From contig NC_081355.1 in NCBI RefSeq assembly GCF_030684315.1, positions 99,682,472 through 99,746,471 of the forward strand: 64,000 bases of DNA, read 5' to 3'. Origin of the DNA: Stegostoma tigrinum. Lineage: Eukaryota. A program made the translations under genes and the position numbers. How positions within the stretch are numbered: position 1 is the first letter of the stretch; every line of letters starts with the position of its first letter. The notes beneath the pieces are model-generated. The model had not been told where the DNA came from, searched no databases, and worked only from the letters and a program-made list of their open reading frames with translations. Of the stretch, positions 38,227-51,120 are shown piece by piece.

Positions 38227-40399
38227 TTTGTGCTCCTGAGATGCTGCTTGGCCTGCTGTGTCCATCCAGCTTCACACTTTATTATCGGGGTGTCTCTGCC
38301 TTCTGGCTTCATTCTCATGAAGTCTCTCTTGGTTATCTGCCCTGCATTCATTAGTCACTTCAACGTCTGGGTGATCCTATTACCCAGCTGTGGGGTTGTG
38401 TCTATCGCCACCTATTGGTAAGTGCTTGTACCTGCAAGTAATGTCTGCGCTTTCCTAACATACTCTGTGGTTTGTTTATAATGACAGTCATGAGCCCTTT
38501 GTCTGCTGGTAGGATCATGACGTTCTTGTCTTTCTTGAGTTTATCCAGTGCCTTTCCCTCTGCTGTGTTCAGGTTGTCCTCTTTGTTCCTTCTGTGTAGT
38601 CTGGGGATTATAGTTTGTCGAATGGCTTATTGTGTTTCGTCTGTGAGTCTGTTATCCTTTTAATGTATTCAGCCACGAGGTCTGTTCTGTTCACATCTTT
38701 GTGGTTATAATTCAGTCCGTGTAATAGGACAGCTTTCTTAGTTTCTGTGAGTTGTCTGTTGGATAGGTTTCTTATCCATGTGTCCGGTTTGTGGTTGTCC
38801 TTGCCTTTGTGGTGAATCCGTTTGGTCAGTTTCTCCTGTAACTCATGTCTCTTCTTAGTTTTGGTTTTTTGTTGATTGATGGTGAAAGCCTGTTCCAGAG
38901 CTGTAGTCCGTTGCTAGTCCGTGGACTTTAGATACTAAGTTTTGACACACAATTTCTCACTCGTACCTGTGGAATCAGTTTTCGGCATCATTAATCATTG
39001 CTCATAGCATTCTGCCTCCGTGCTGTTCAGCTATTTTATATGCCTGTGAGTTGTTAAGTGGAGGTATGTATTTCACACTGTGGGGCAGTAGTACCTCGTT
39101 CCTGAGGCATTCGCGGAGGAAGTGAAGTTGTTCGCAGGTAGAGTTCAGTCGGTTGGCAAAAGATTCCCATTGTCTGGCAATTTTGGCAACCTGAGCTACA
39201 GATCTTTGCCAAAACTTTGTAAAGTCTTATATGCATTAAGTTTAAGATGATCAGATTTACAGCCTTCAATACTTTTCATCTTTTTTCCTTTTCGTAGCAC
39301 TTTTCTTGCACCACACTGCTGTCCTTAATATTTTACATACACAGGAGTGAAGAAGCTTGTTGGTTGCTGAACTCAAAGAAAGCCTTGCTGAGAGATCCAA
39401 CAATCTTCTTCTCAACACGGAGGTTAATTCTTGGCACAGAGAACTGTTTGTAGAGTTTAATGGGGATTCACAGCATCAAGATGCTGTGTGACACCTAGCT
39501 GTATAAACAACCAATCACTTTAAAGAATTCTCATGGTCATCTAAAAATCAAATCACTTCTAAACAAATGTATTACACAGAATGAAGTAAAGAATGCGATA
39601 CATGCGCGGGCTGAAGGTAGAGTATCATAAAATTATTTTAAACAATCCGTTTTTTTCAAATATATTAATCATAACAGAGATATTTAGCAACACTCCACGT
39701 AGATTTTTTCAAAGCTAGGATGTTCTCACATTCATTGATTTGACCAGTTGCTGGCTTGGTGGCGGGTTGGGGATTGTTGAGGGGTGTACACACCACAGCC
39801 TTTGGCAAAGCAGTGAGTGACAGAATGCAATTTCAGGAATTTCGCTTTCATCAGTTTACACTAATCCTGAAGCTGGTAGTCAGATGCAGAGGAGTAATAA
39901 TTGAAAATGCTGACAGCACTCTCTCAAAAACCTCACTAGTTCTGGGTTCCTTTCATTTGACCGACAGGTAATGTCACCTCAAGCCGTCATGTGGCAACAC
40001 TTCACCTTGCCACTTACATGAACATTCCAATCCATCTTTGGATTTTAGCATGTGACAGATTAACAACTTGCAATTGCCGGGACACAAATATATTTCCCAC
40101 ATTTAAATTGCACCCTCTCCCTCCATGAATACAAATTGCTCTATATGGAGACATTGATTGCTGCCTTATCATTTAATTACTTTTCGTAGGCTACTTTTAA
40201 AATATTGATTCTGAATACTATTTTCACGTAAATACAAATCTGAACATCTTATGCACTGTTTTATCTTAATTAAAATTGTAAATAAAACTATCCATTCCCT
40301 TTCTTAATTGCAGAGAATTGAATGTAGGGATTTAGAATTATCATCTTGTGCCATTTAATTTCAGGACTGCCACCAGACACCAAACTATAGTTCCAAAGT

Positions 40400-40490
40400 G
40401 ATGATGTGGAGGTTGGACTGGGATGGAGAAGGTCAGAAATCACACGACACCAGGATATAGTCCAACAGGTTTATCTAAAGACACAAGCTG
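40400..40490 (-). mobile_element. PLE terminal fragment (same family as 58720-58815)
   Basis: gttggactggg…gtcagaaatcacacgacaccaggatatagtccaacaggttt…acacaagct. Confidence 0.7.
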
Positions 40491-41204
40491 GGTAGCTTCA
40501 TTTTTAGATCATCATTTTGAGCCATTTCAGACAGATATGTGATGGTTGTGATATAGCATGACGCACCACAGTCTGACATTTTATGCTGACCTGGTGTTCT
40601 CCTTCTGTAGTTCTCATTCCAACAGTCACAGACCATATCTCATCCATTGACTTGATTGAACCAATCTGTTGTAAAGTGTATTGTTCTTTCATTAGCGGTA
40701 CACTTGTGTGCACATTGATACAGCCTTCTGCAGTGGGGACACTTCTTTCCCTTGTTGAACATGCCTGCTTCCCTTTTGTGTGGGGTGTTGCACAGTCATT
40801 GCAGCCTGACCTTTGCCTTTTGTCATTCTGCCCTGTGTGTTTGGAGGATTATTAGCATAATTCAAGACCTGCATAATTCAATTCTGCCATGAATATGCTC
40901 TGTTGATTTACAACCTTGGCATTTCTGTTCTCTTGAGTACACTTTTGCCTTCTCTCAGTGGGTGTGCTCTCACTCTTGGATCTCTCATTTTTAATACAAC
41001 CTTGGCTCTAATTAGCTCATCCTTCAATTGTTCAAGTTCACAAGGATGTCAGGAATTGACCAATGGACACTTTTTCACTTTTTCCATACTATTTGAAAAT
41101 GTATAATCTTCATTTGAATTAGGAGCATGACTTCAAAACTTTTGAAATTTCTGCCATTCACTTTTTTGTCTGCTCTGTACAGAGACCCAGGTTATTTGGG
41201 CCTC

Positions 41205-41335
41205 AGACACAGGAGCAGAAATTAGGCCATTCAGCCCTCAAGTCTTCTCTGCCATTCAATCATGGCTAATAAGTTCCTCAACCCCTTTTTCCTTCTTTCT
41301 CCCCATAACCCTTGATCCCCTTGATAATCAAGAGC

Positions 41336-41364
<29 letters not shown>
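41205..41364 (-). mobile_element. CR1 3' end fragment followed by (TATC)7 microsatellite
   Basis: aggagcagaaattaggccattcagccc…gccattcaatcatggct…cccttgataatcaagagcc then tatc repeats at 41337-41364. Confidence 0.8.
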
Positions 41365-41367
<3 letters not shown>

Positions 41368-42874
41368 AATACATGTTGAAAAGTGTCCTCTCAACAGTGA
41401 TGAAAGTGCAAATCCTGTTTGCTTGACAAATCTATAGCTGCTACATAATTCTACCATTGTTGATGGGCCTGCTTTTGGCTTGGTCTCGTATCCCCAGTCA
41501 TTTGAAGCTGGTGGGGAAAACTTACAGCCATTTTCTAAATATTTTCACTGCAATTTTTGTTTCTTTTTCCATGGCAGTTCACAGCTCTGCAGCTGTGCTT
41601 TCTACTTCAGCACAGTGCATTCACAATGTTGAAAGCATGTTTTGAGTGTACAATGCAGTAAATGAGGACTTTATTGAATTGAAGCTTCAGAGGTCTGACT
41701 ACAAAGTGTGAGCCTCATGATAGAGGCCACATGACTACAGAAGACTGGAATGGACATAAGTACATGACTACATTTCAATCCAAACAGGGATGATCATTCC
41801 TCCCTAACTAAAGCCTCCTTCCCTGTCCATAACATCCACTATTTGTCTCTACTACTAGATAGCTGCATACCATATGACTCATTAGTAAATCACACCCAAG
41901 TCTTCCTTCTGGCACTTCTTCCCCTTTGGAGTTTTGTTCCATGCCTATCACATAAAATCCTCATTCTCTACCATCCATTCAGCTATCACAAAAAAGATTC
42001 TCTGAGTTATCCTTCTTCAACATCTACCCACTCACTGCTCCTAACATTTTAATCATAGAAATAGTCAACCTTGCACTACTTTCGTGTATCATTCATCATC
42101 TACATCCACTTCCTTCTCACAACAATACCTTCTTACGTATCCATCCTGACAGAAAACTCTCCCCTAATTAATTGACAACCACACCGTTAAATTCCCAACT
42201 GTCCAGCATTGGTCATCCATTCACCATGAAATTTCGGCAACAAATAATTTTCTCAACTACTCCCTCCAATCCACTTTAAATCTCCTCTATCAATTAAAAC
42301 CATTGATCTTGCTCACACTTGCGTCCACTTCAAGGAGGCAGACCTGAACACATATAGCAATAAATAGTTTTGCCATTCACCATCAGATGTGGTTAGACCA
42401 AAAATGCCAATATCAGCTCCTACTCTCATCAGTTAAAACTGCTGCTGTTCCAGGATCATACTGGATTGCAAAGATAACCACTGATTTCTTTTCTCTGCTA
42501 CAAATCATCCAGATATCCTGTTGCCGCCTCTTCCACCCTTAGACCCAACAAGAAGTATACAGAGCTCATGAATTTCATTGTCATTTTGAACTGGGTATTA
42601 AAATGTCCATGAAGGCAAGGTCAAGTGCAGCCACGCCCAGTAAATCCTGCTCCCAGGTGACATTTCAGCTTTCCACACTGGAATTCTCAAAGTGAATGTG
42701 GGAAGGTAGGTGGAGAAGAGTTGACAACTTGTTCAACTCCAGTTGACTGCTAGTTAAACTTGTGGAGAGCTTCTTAATAGCCAAGAGAAGGTCAGACGGA
42801 AATTTTCAAAATGACAAACAGAACGAGATGGCTTCGCACATATTTGTGTGCACCTTTCAGAAGTGGTTAGTGAA

Positions 42875-43075
42875 TGTAATGAAGTCAGCCAGCTGGATTG
42901 GGGTTGTTAATCTGGTCCAATCAGGGAGCATTGGCTAACATAAAAGGGTGAATGTCAGGGATATTGAGCTACTGAATGCCTGGCTCATCAAGAGGCAGTG
43001 CTATTATAAAAGGCAATGCATTTGTACATAAAGGGTGAGTGCTGATGGGATGCTGGCTTCGGAAGAGTTATTTCA
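42875..43075 (+). mobile_element. Probable solo LTR (TG…CA)
   Basis: tgtaatgaagtcagccag…ccaatcagggagc…taaagggtga…gatgggat…gagttatttca; related copy at 49635-49830; no clean TSD seen. Confidence 0.6.
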
Positions 43076-44635
43076 AACATTGAGAGTTGTAATGTAATGT
43101 TGCAGCTCAATACAAATGTATGAAGAAAGGGTTGCTCCAAAGGTTGGACAGAATAAGACAACCACTTCTTGTTTTAGTGGTGAACCCTTTGTGTACACCT
43201 TAACCCTCTGGTCTCCTGCCTACATCAACCTGGATGGCAACAGCAAGAGTAATCTTACACCTGCCTTCCAGCATCAGAACCACTCTTTTACTCTCAGCAG
43301 CCACCACTAACTGGGAGCTGAGCTCTCACCTCCAACTTAGTTCAGGACTTTGCACATTAAGCTAGAGGGTCAGTAACACAGAATCACCTTTATTTTCAAT
43401 ATGCCCTAGAAATGATCCGATATCAGACTGAAAATCTGACTCAAAGATTGAAATGCTTAAATTACCTGCCCCTCCACTATTTTCTCTTCCCCCAGCCCAC
43501 CAAGCCAAACCTTCCTCAAGCTCTTTATAACTTGACAGCTTGGTAATTCTACACACATTTCTTAAACATTTATGACACCTCCATGAACTTATGACTCACA
43601 CACTGTGGATTGATACCCTTGCAACACTGTAAATGGGAATAAGTTTGAACTAAGCATGGAATTCAAATAGCCCTGCTGTGTTCTGGGTTTCTCTCAGGTA
43701 TGAGGCACATCACTCCCCTTTACCCTTACCAAAAATATGAGGTCTGTTATAATAGGGTGGAGGGGATATTCTGGATCGATGGCCCATCTGCCCCATTTGT
43801 GAAGCTGTAAGGAGTCTACAGGACTCTGCAGAAATCTTGTCCATTGTTCTCAATTCCCAGTAGACATTCAATTTCCATATCACCGACTCTATCCTCTCTG
43901 TCCCTGCATCCGTAAATCAGCTGCTGAAATCAGACTGGGAGATTTCAAGATGGCTTTCAGGTTGAAAACTTTACTGTCAAAACCGAAAAAATGCCACCTG
44001 TTTTTTGGGAGTTAACATTCCAGTCATGGTATTTCAGAGGACAACTTAATCCAATGTGCCAACTGTTTCATCAGCGACAATAAAATAAAGGCTTAGCAAC
44101 AGTCGGAAGACACCAAGTGTTCCCAATCACATTTGCCCCTTCAACCAAAATCATTAGAAGCAGTTACATATTCTAGTGCTGTTATTGGATCTTGATACAT
44201 GTAAATTAACTTCTCAGTTTCTATTGATTGCAATATTGAAGACAATTCAAAAATACTTAATTGACTGTGATGTGCTATGGAAATGTGAGATTCTGAGAGA
44301 TTCGAAATAAGTGCAAGTTGTTTTTCTCCATCTATTATGAACTTATCATCAAAACAAGACTTAATATGAAATCATTGGTTACATAATGTAAATGAACAAT
44401 GTGGCACCCGTTTATTTCTATTCATATTTGCTTCAAGCAGCTCTTGAAGATTCATAGAACAAACAAAATATCGCAGCTGATAGCTACATTGTCAATGTGC
44501 TTTTATAAGATAAACTTTCTAAAAATTGGACAGAGTTTTTGTGTAATCAATCTTACACATGCACAAAATATTAATGCTGCATGACAGATGTAACATTTTA
44601 CATTTGCCAACTTGCTTTGAAATAACTTCTAGTAA

Positions 44636-44770
44636 CAGCAAGAACTGCTGATGCTGGAGTCAGAGATAACACAGTGAGAAGTGGAGGAACACAGCAGGCC
44701 AGGCAGCATCAGAGGAGCAGGAAAGTTGACATTTTGGTTTGGGATCCTTCTTCAGAAATGGGGAGGGGGA
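44636..44770 (-). mobile_element. Short PLE pLTR insertion with probable 9-bp TSD
   Basis: agaactgctgatgctggagtcagagataacac…ccttcttcagaaatgg; aaataactt at 44620-44628 and 44771-44779. Confidence 0.8.
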
Positions 44771-44944
44771 AAATAACTTTTGTTCCCTCTTAGCAGTAGT
44801 CATATTGTAAATTGTACATCAAATTTGGAAGTTGGTTTGTGTTTTGCGGCTGATGAGGCAGAAAAAGCAAGTACTTACTTCTGGTTTTACACAGTTCATT
44901 TCTCCTGAAGCAGATTGCTAGCCTGAAGCCAGGGCCTATTGCTT

Positions 44945-45152
44945 AAGGGGTGCCACTCTGTATCAAGCATGACTGAGCAGAAGTCTCTTCTGCTGTTGTC
45001 ACCTGCAACAAGCCTGGTGGGAGGATCTGCAGGTTGACCATCAACCGGTTGTTCATGCAATGCACACATCTTCTGTGCTCATCAAGTCCTGGAGTTGGAT
45101 TCAAACCCTGAACTTCTATCTTAATCGCAGGGACACTGCACCACAAGACCTC
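44945..45152 (-). mobile_element. tRNA-head SINE
   Basis: Minus strand starts aggtcttgtggtgcagtgtccct…gggtttgaatcc (A/B-box-like). Confidence 0.6.
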
Positions 45153-45945
45153 TTGTTTCTTGTAGGAAGTCCCCTTACATCACTCATTTCTTCATCTGAT
45201 CAAGTTCTGAACTCTAAGTTTTTGAACAAAATATTGTGAAGTATTGCTATATCAAGCGCATGAAATTTAAAACTTAAAAGGATGAAAACAAAGAAAGAAA
45301 CAGATAAATAATGTATTGACATAGTTCCCACAACTGTATTTTGTCATTGAATAATAGCACTGACATCTTTGTTTGCTCAAAATTGTAATTACATATCTCA
45401 CGAGTGCAGCTCTCTGAGTTATTATAATTGGTTTTTGATGTCTTCAGCTCATTAAAAGGTATTTTACACATATAACATTATAATGCTATTTGTTAGAAGA
45501 GTGGGAAATATCACTAGATTTCATTGTAATTTTCATTTTAATTAAAAACATTCTCAGGGCTGCTGACAGTATTAACTGCAGCTTTTGCACTGTTGACTTT
45601 GAGTTATTACATAATGTCAATATTCTTAAAATATGTATGATGTGTCTAAGTCAATCATCATTGTGCTTTCCTTAATTCAATACAAAGGGATTATAGTACA
45701 CATGTCATCGTTAGAAGTGACAATGAATTACAAGAATGTTTGCCTTGAAACAGAAAACTGCTTTTTTAAAGTTTGCAGCACATTAACTTCCAGCCGCGAC
45801 AACAGTGCGGTGTGGGAAGATATATTATTGCAGGCAGTTAGAAGTTTCTAAGCACTTGAATTGACTTGACAACATGGGTGTGGAAAAGAATTTTCCTGTG
45901 TGGTTGAGCCACTAGCCGAGGAACACTGTTTTAAGACTAAACATT

Positions 45946-46302
45946 GGGGGAGGTGATGGCCTAGAGGTATTATTGCCGGACTTTTAATCCAGAGGCCCAG
46001 GTGATATTCTGGAGATCCAGGTTCAAAATCTGCCACGGCAGATGGTGGAATTTGAATTCAATAAAATATCTGGAATTAAGAATCTAATGATGACCATAAA
46101 TCCATTGTCAATTGTTGAAATAACCTCATCTGGTTCACTTATGTCCTTTAGGGAAGGAAACTGCCATCCTGACCTGGTCTGGCCTATGTGTGACTCTAGA
46201 CCCACAGCAATGTGGTTGACTCTGAACTGCCCTCTGAGCAATTAGGGATGGGCAATAAATGCTGCCTAGCCAGCAACACCCTCATTCTGTGAATGAATAA
46301 GA
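45946..46302 (+). mobile_element. tRNA-derived SINE with a conserved core and LINE-derived tail
   Basis: A box tggcctagagg, B box ggttcaaaatc, core catctggttcacttatgtcctttagggaaggaaactgccatcc…gacccacagcaatgtggttgactct, tail gatgggcaataaatgc…tgaatgaataa. Confidence 0.85.
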
Positions 46303-46582
46303 AATCACCATTTTAGGACCGAGATGAGAGAAAATATTTTCTAATAGGGTTGTACACCTTTTGAAATGCCCGTCTCAGAAGGTAGTAAAGGACTGATCAT
46401 TGACTATTTCCACAGTGGAGGTGGATGGGTTCTTGTTAGGTAAGGGAATCAAAGGTTATCAAAGTTGATGTGAATGCAGAATTCATCGCACAAACAGATC
46501 AGCCATGATCTTATTGAATGGCGGAGCAGTCTTCAGGGGCCAAATGATTTACTTCTGCTCTTAATTCGTATGTTCTTATGTT
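46303..46582 (+). mobile_element. CR1 3' end fragment
   Basis: ttttaggaccgagatgag…gatcagccatgatcttattgaatggcggagcag…ttcgtatgttcttatg. Confidence 0.85.
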
Positions 46583-46944
46583 ATATTGTTGTGTGTCAAA
46601 GAACTTTAACACCAAATCACAACTGACACTGCTTTACCATAACAACCCCTTACTTCATAAACCATGTTGCTTTGTGGAGTCTTGTGAAAATAGGTGCAAG
46701 TGAAAGAATGTCTATGCTATCCACCTTGTACATAACGTCAAGATAGAAATTAAAAAGACATGTCATGACACTGCAAGTATTTCCCCGTGATAATAATAAC
46801 CTAATTACAAAATATTTGCATATGCAATATAGATTTTATACCAAATAAGCCAACTGTCCTGTTGTTTGTAATGCATCTATAATGATATTAGATGCAATAT
46901 TCATGGTTTATGTCAACTACAAACATTTAACAATTACAATTTTA

Positions 46945-47260
46945 AATAATGTCCTGGAGAAACTCAGCAGGTCTAGCATGTGAGGAAAGGAAAACCGAGT
47001 TAATATTACATATCCAATCACTTTCTTTTGGAACTGAAATGAGTTGAAATTTGATAGTTTGTATGACAAAGCGGTTGGTGAAGTGACTGGAACAGATAGT
47101 GAGGATGCCCACAGCAAGACAAAGGGAGTGCTAACGGTAGTAAAAGATACAAAAGAACAAAACAAATTACACAAAGCTGGCATGAGTAACATGTGAATCG
47201 TAGAAAACAGATCAGTTCTGCTGAGTACGAATCCATGCAAACAAAACATGAGGTGAGGAG
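46945..47260 (-). mobile_element. Old PLE pLTR fragment
   Basis: ctggagaaactcagcaggtctagcat…gagttaatatt matches the pLTR terminus also seen at 51170-51255. Confidence 0.6.
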
Positions 47261-47265
47261 ATAGT

Positions 47266-48090
47266 GAAAAGTAGAAATGCTGGAGTCAGAGTTAATACAG
47301 CGTGGAGCTTGAGGAACATAGAAGACCAGGCAGCATCAGAGAAGCAGGAAAGTTGGCGTTTTGAATCCGGAAGCTTCTTCAGAAATGGGGGGTGGGAGTG
47401 GGGGGGGGAAAGTGAGCTCAAATAAATAGGGAGAGGAGGCGTGGGGCTGGGGAAGGTAGGTGGGCTGGTGATAGGTGAGTGCAAGTAGGCAGTGGTGGGG
47501 ATTGGTCAGTGAGGTGGGAGGGGTGGATAGGTGGGAGAGAAGATAGACAGGTTGTGTCAGGTCAAGGAGGTGGGGAGGGTTGGTCATGGGATGAGGCTGG
47601 ATGTTGGGAGATTTTGAAACTGGCAAAGCCCACATTGAGGCCATTGGTCTGTAGGTTCCAAGATGGAATATGAGGTACTGCTCCTCTAGTCATTGACACT
47701 ACCCAGAAACTGGAACCTCATATTCTGCCTTGGGAGCCTACAACCCAATGGACTAAATGTGGACTTTACCAGTTTCAAAATCTCCCCACCTCCAGCCTCA
47801 TCCCTTGACCAACTCTCCCTCTCATCCCCTTCTCTTTGACCAGACTCAATCTGTCCATCTTCTCTCCCACCTATCTGCCCCTCCCATCTCACTGCCCAAT
47901 CCCCACCACTGTCTACCTGCACTCACCTATCAGCGTCCCACCTACCTTTCCCAGGCCCACCGCTCCTCTGTCAATTTATTTCTGAGCTCCCTTCCCCTCT
48001 CCCATTTCTGAAGAAGCATCCCGACCTGAAATGTGAGCTTTCCTGCTCCTCTGATGCTGCCTGGCCTGCTGTGTTCCTTCAGCTGCATAC
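47266..48090. mobile_element. Inverted pair of Neptune-type PLE 3' ends (about 400-bp arms)
   Basis: Minus arm about 47266-47685, plus arm about 47713-48090; degenerate hammerhead CTGAAGAagcatcccgacctGAAAtgt at about 48008-48034. Confidence 0.85.
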
Positions 48091-48094
48091 TATG

Positions 48095-48410
48095 AGGGAA
48101 GGAGGTGCAGGAGTGAGAGTTTTGAGCAAAATAGAGGACGCTGTTCATGCTCTGAGGTTGTTGAAATCAACATTGATTCTTGAAGCTTATAAAGTGCCTA
48201 AGAGGAAAATCAGGTGTTATTTCGCAAGCTTGCAATGGCTTCAGTGCAACACTGTAGCAGGACCAGGATGAAGATGCTAGAATTTCAGTTCCAAAGAACA
48301 ATTACTTGTCTCAAAATGTTAACTCTCTTTCACTCTCCTCAAATGCTGCCCGACCTGCTGAATTTCTCCAGCACTTTTATTTTAGATCTCAAGCATCCTC
48401 AGTATGTTGC
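48095..48410. mobile_element. Additional PLE fragments (minus GIY-YIG end, plus pLTR end)
   Basis: ttgaaatcaacattgattcttgaagcttataaagtgcctaag (minus LGTLxxxxINVDF); aaatgttaactct…atgctgcccgacctgctgaatttctccagc. Confidence 0.6.
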
Positions 48411-49249
48411 TTCTATAAAATTTTACAATTGTCAATTACAACTAATATATGTGCTTTCTCAAAGATAATGTGAGTTGCATATCACAGTCATTAAAATATA
48501 AGAATGAGAACCAGACTGGTTTCAATGCAAGCACGTACAATTTACAAAACGACTGGAGAAAATTCCCAAATTATGTATCCCCAAGCTAGATTTCTTGACC
48601 AATGTAATTCTTTTTTCCCTGCCTGTACTATCCGTTCCCTTCAACATTTTGAAAGCTTCTATCAAATCAGTCTAGCATTCTAATTTTCAGGAAATACATC
48701 TCTAGTTTATGTAATCTCTCCTCAAAACTGAATCCATTGAAACCCCCAGTCATTCTGTTAAACATACATTGCTCTCTCTTGAAGGTCAACGCATCATTTT
48801 TCAGGCTTGGAACTCAAAATGGCTTGCTTTACTTGTGTGAGGCTTTTTTTATAGCTGGTGCATTATTTTTTTCCTCCTTGGCATTCCAATGCCCTAAATG
48901 TTCCCTCCCTGATAGGAGATTTGTCAATACAGTTGGCAATAAAACCAGCTCCTGACCTCATAAGATTCTGGTAAGGCAGCCCAAAACCATTGTGCAGGAC
49001 ACAATTTCATCCAGCATTATACGTATGACTGCTTCCTGGAAGTGTCTAAAATAGGATAATGGATTACCTGTTACTCAGATCATTATGGATAACAGCTTCA
49101 ATATCTGGATCAATGATCCCTTGGTGTGCTTATTAGTATACCAATACCTCAAGGTGACAGAAAGGAGGTATATCTTTGAGAACTAACCATTACAAAATTC
49201 TGAACTATAAATCATTTGGATAACATATTTGAAAAAGAAAATCTTGCAT

Positions 49250-49625
49250 GTTCAAAGCACTTTACACAGCCATTGAATGTATGAAAGAATTTAATGGCCA
49301 ATATGGTGTTTTTTATTATGTGACTGCAATCACAACACAAGCAAATTTCAATCAATTTGTAAACAGCAGTCTCCCACGTTTGTAATAATGACTACTGTGA
49401 TAATATGATAACTGAGCGATAAATATTGGCAAAGTCTCCTGAGCTATGTCCATGTCGGATCATCGATATCCATTTGATATGGTAGGCAGGGCATCTCTAA
49501 TGTTTGATACAAAATATAGCACCGGTAACAGTGCAGCACACTCACAGTTCCTCACCGCAACACCAGTCTTGATATTTATGCTCAGGTGCTGGAGTGAAAT
49601 TTGAACCTGGAACCTTGCAATAGTA
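49250..49625 (-). mobile_element. Deu-domain SINE (SacSINE1-like), degenerate
   Basis: aaagcactttacacagcca…gataaatattggc…acagtgcagcacactcacagt…gctcaggtgctggagtgaaatttgaacc resembles the reverse complement of the recalled Deu-SINE consensus. Confidence 0.65.
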
Positions 49626-49634
49626 AGATGGAAC

Positions 49635-49830
49635 CATGGCCAGGTAGCTCTCATGGGCTATGAGATCCTTGACTGGGGGTTGTAAACCTGGGCCAATCAT
49701 GGAGTTCTGGCTGACAAATATAAACAGGAGATTCAGAAGGAATCTTCCGTCTACGGGCTGGTTACAGCTCATTGACAGTGCAAATGTAAACAAAGGGTGA
49801 TTTGGTGATGGGATACTGCCATCTCTGCAT
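49635..49830 (+). mobile_element. Probable solo LTR, same family as 42875-43075
   Basis: ccaatcatggagttctggctgacaaatataaacagg (CCAAT and TATA-like boxes)…aaagggtgatttggtgatgggatac. Confidence 0.6.
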
Positions 49831-50804
49831 TTAGTACATTAGATGAGTGTTTCTTTTGAAGCCACAGTTAATACAGAGTTTAAACTGGAAATCCCGACCA
49901 GCTTAAATGGTTAATAATTCCCAGTTTCCACATATATGTACAACTGACAATTATAACACTCAGCCAGTTCTCAAATTTGCTTTGGGAAGATTACCGACAT
50001 TTGAAAAAACACAGTGAAAAGCATAAACTGCCGCTGCCTAAAATCCAAAAACTGTCAATCATTCTTCTCCCACCAGAATGGGTGCCTTAAATGAGGCACA
50101 AACAAATGCAGGGTTTTAGAAGGCCATTTCAGCATCCATTGAACATGCTGTTTATGCATCAACAAATGGGGCATTGACTCTATGTCTGTACATTTTATGA
50201 CGACCTGCAATTGAGAAGCATAATTGAAAAGCTATTAATCCTTACTCAATTAAACTATATCATCTTCTCCAGTGCAGTGACAAATTATAAATGTCTGTGG
50301 TGGGAGTTAGAGTTGGTATAAAAACGCCCAGAATAACGAAAAATTTTATTAATGAGACACCGGCTTTCAATCCTTTGTGAGTTTTAGCAGATCGGCCGAA
50401 CTGAACACAAACAATGCTTCTGATGTTGCTAAGTTTTGTTTTATGTGCCAGACATTTGTCTGCATTTTTTCAGGTGACTGAATACAGTAAAATTCGGTTC
50501 AGACAGCTAAATGTGGTTAATCTACCTGCCTCATACTTGAACAGAATAATGAAAAACACGTTAGAAATCATAAGCCTGAACAGCAAACCAACTAAAATTA
50601 CACCACCGTACTCACACTGTGGCTGATTAATTGTATTGAATGGCAAAGTACAGATCAGAAGAATTTGCAGTCTGGTCTGAATTACCAATATTCATGAGGA
50701 CAACAACGCAGTTTATGACTGCTCCCAGAAGCCCAGGGGTAAGACAGGAGGGAAGGAAGACAAATGAACTTTCTCCTGACTGCTATTCTTACCTTACTTG
50801 TGTT

Positions 50805-51100
50805 GCTCGCAAGGCCAGTGTGTACTGTGCATTCCTAATTGCCCTTGAGCAATTAGAGGATGAGTGACTGCGTACATTTCTTGGTGATTTTGGAATACGT
50901 TCAAGAATCAATTGTATTAGTATCGGTCTGGGCACACGTCATCCTCGCTGGGCAAAGATCACAGATTTCCATTTCTGATGGACAGGACAGAACCAGATCT
51001 GGTAATCTTTATGGGAATCCAATAGTTTCATAATTAGTTTTGTCCATACTTTTCAATTAATTTATATTCAACTCTGCAGCTTTCAAGCTGGAATTTTGAC
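50805..51100 (-). mobile_element. Degenerate copy of the 45946-type SINE
   Basis: aaggccag…ttcctaattgcccttga…cagatttcc…gaaccagat. Confidence 0.5.
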
Positions 51101-51120
51101 TTAATCTCTCTTGAGCGTGC

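Larger units (their letters stand above)
36826..38286 (+). mobile_element. Young Neptune-type PLE, 5'-truncated (RT C-terminus, GIY-YIG, pLTR), nested in the Poseidon-type copy
   Basis: EELVQFIHFTNTFHTNLKFTWAIS…FLDL…KPTNSHSYL; NVVYCIHCTRCGFLYIGETKRRLG…EH; ends at ttattatc without the tail. Confidence 0.95.
35296..39190 (-). mobile_element. Near-full-ORF Penelope/Poseidon-type PLE (RT + GIY-YIG), decayed, split by a Neptune-type insertion at 36826-38286
   Basis: Minus-strand landmarks: KIARQWE (about 39185), ILPADKG (about 38500-38520), FYGLPEVHK…RPIVS (about 36765-36820), MVSFDITALFTSI, NGTPMG, YGDDT, NVVYKIPC…YIGQT, RIHEH; 3' end carries a hammerhead motif. Confidence 0.92.
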
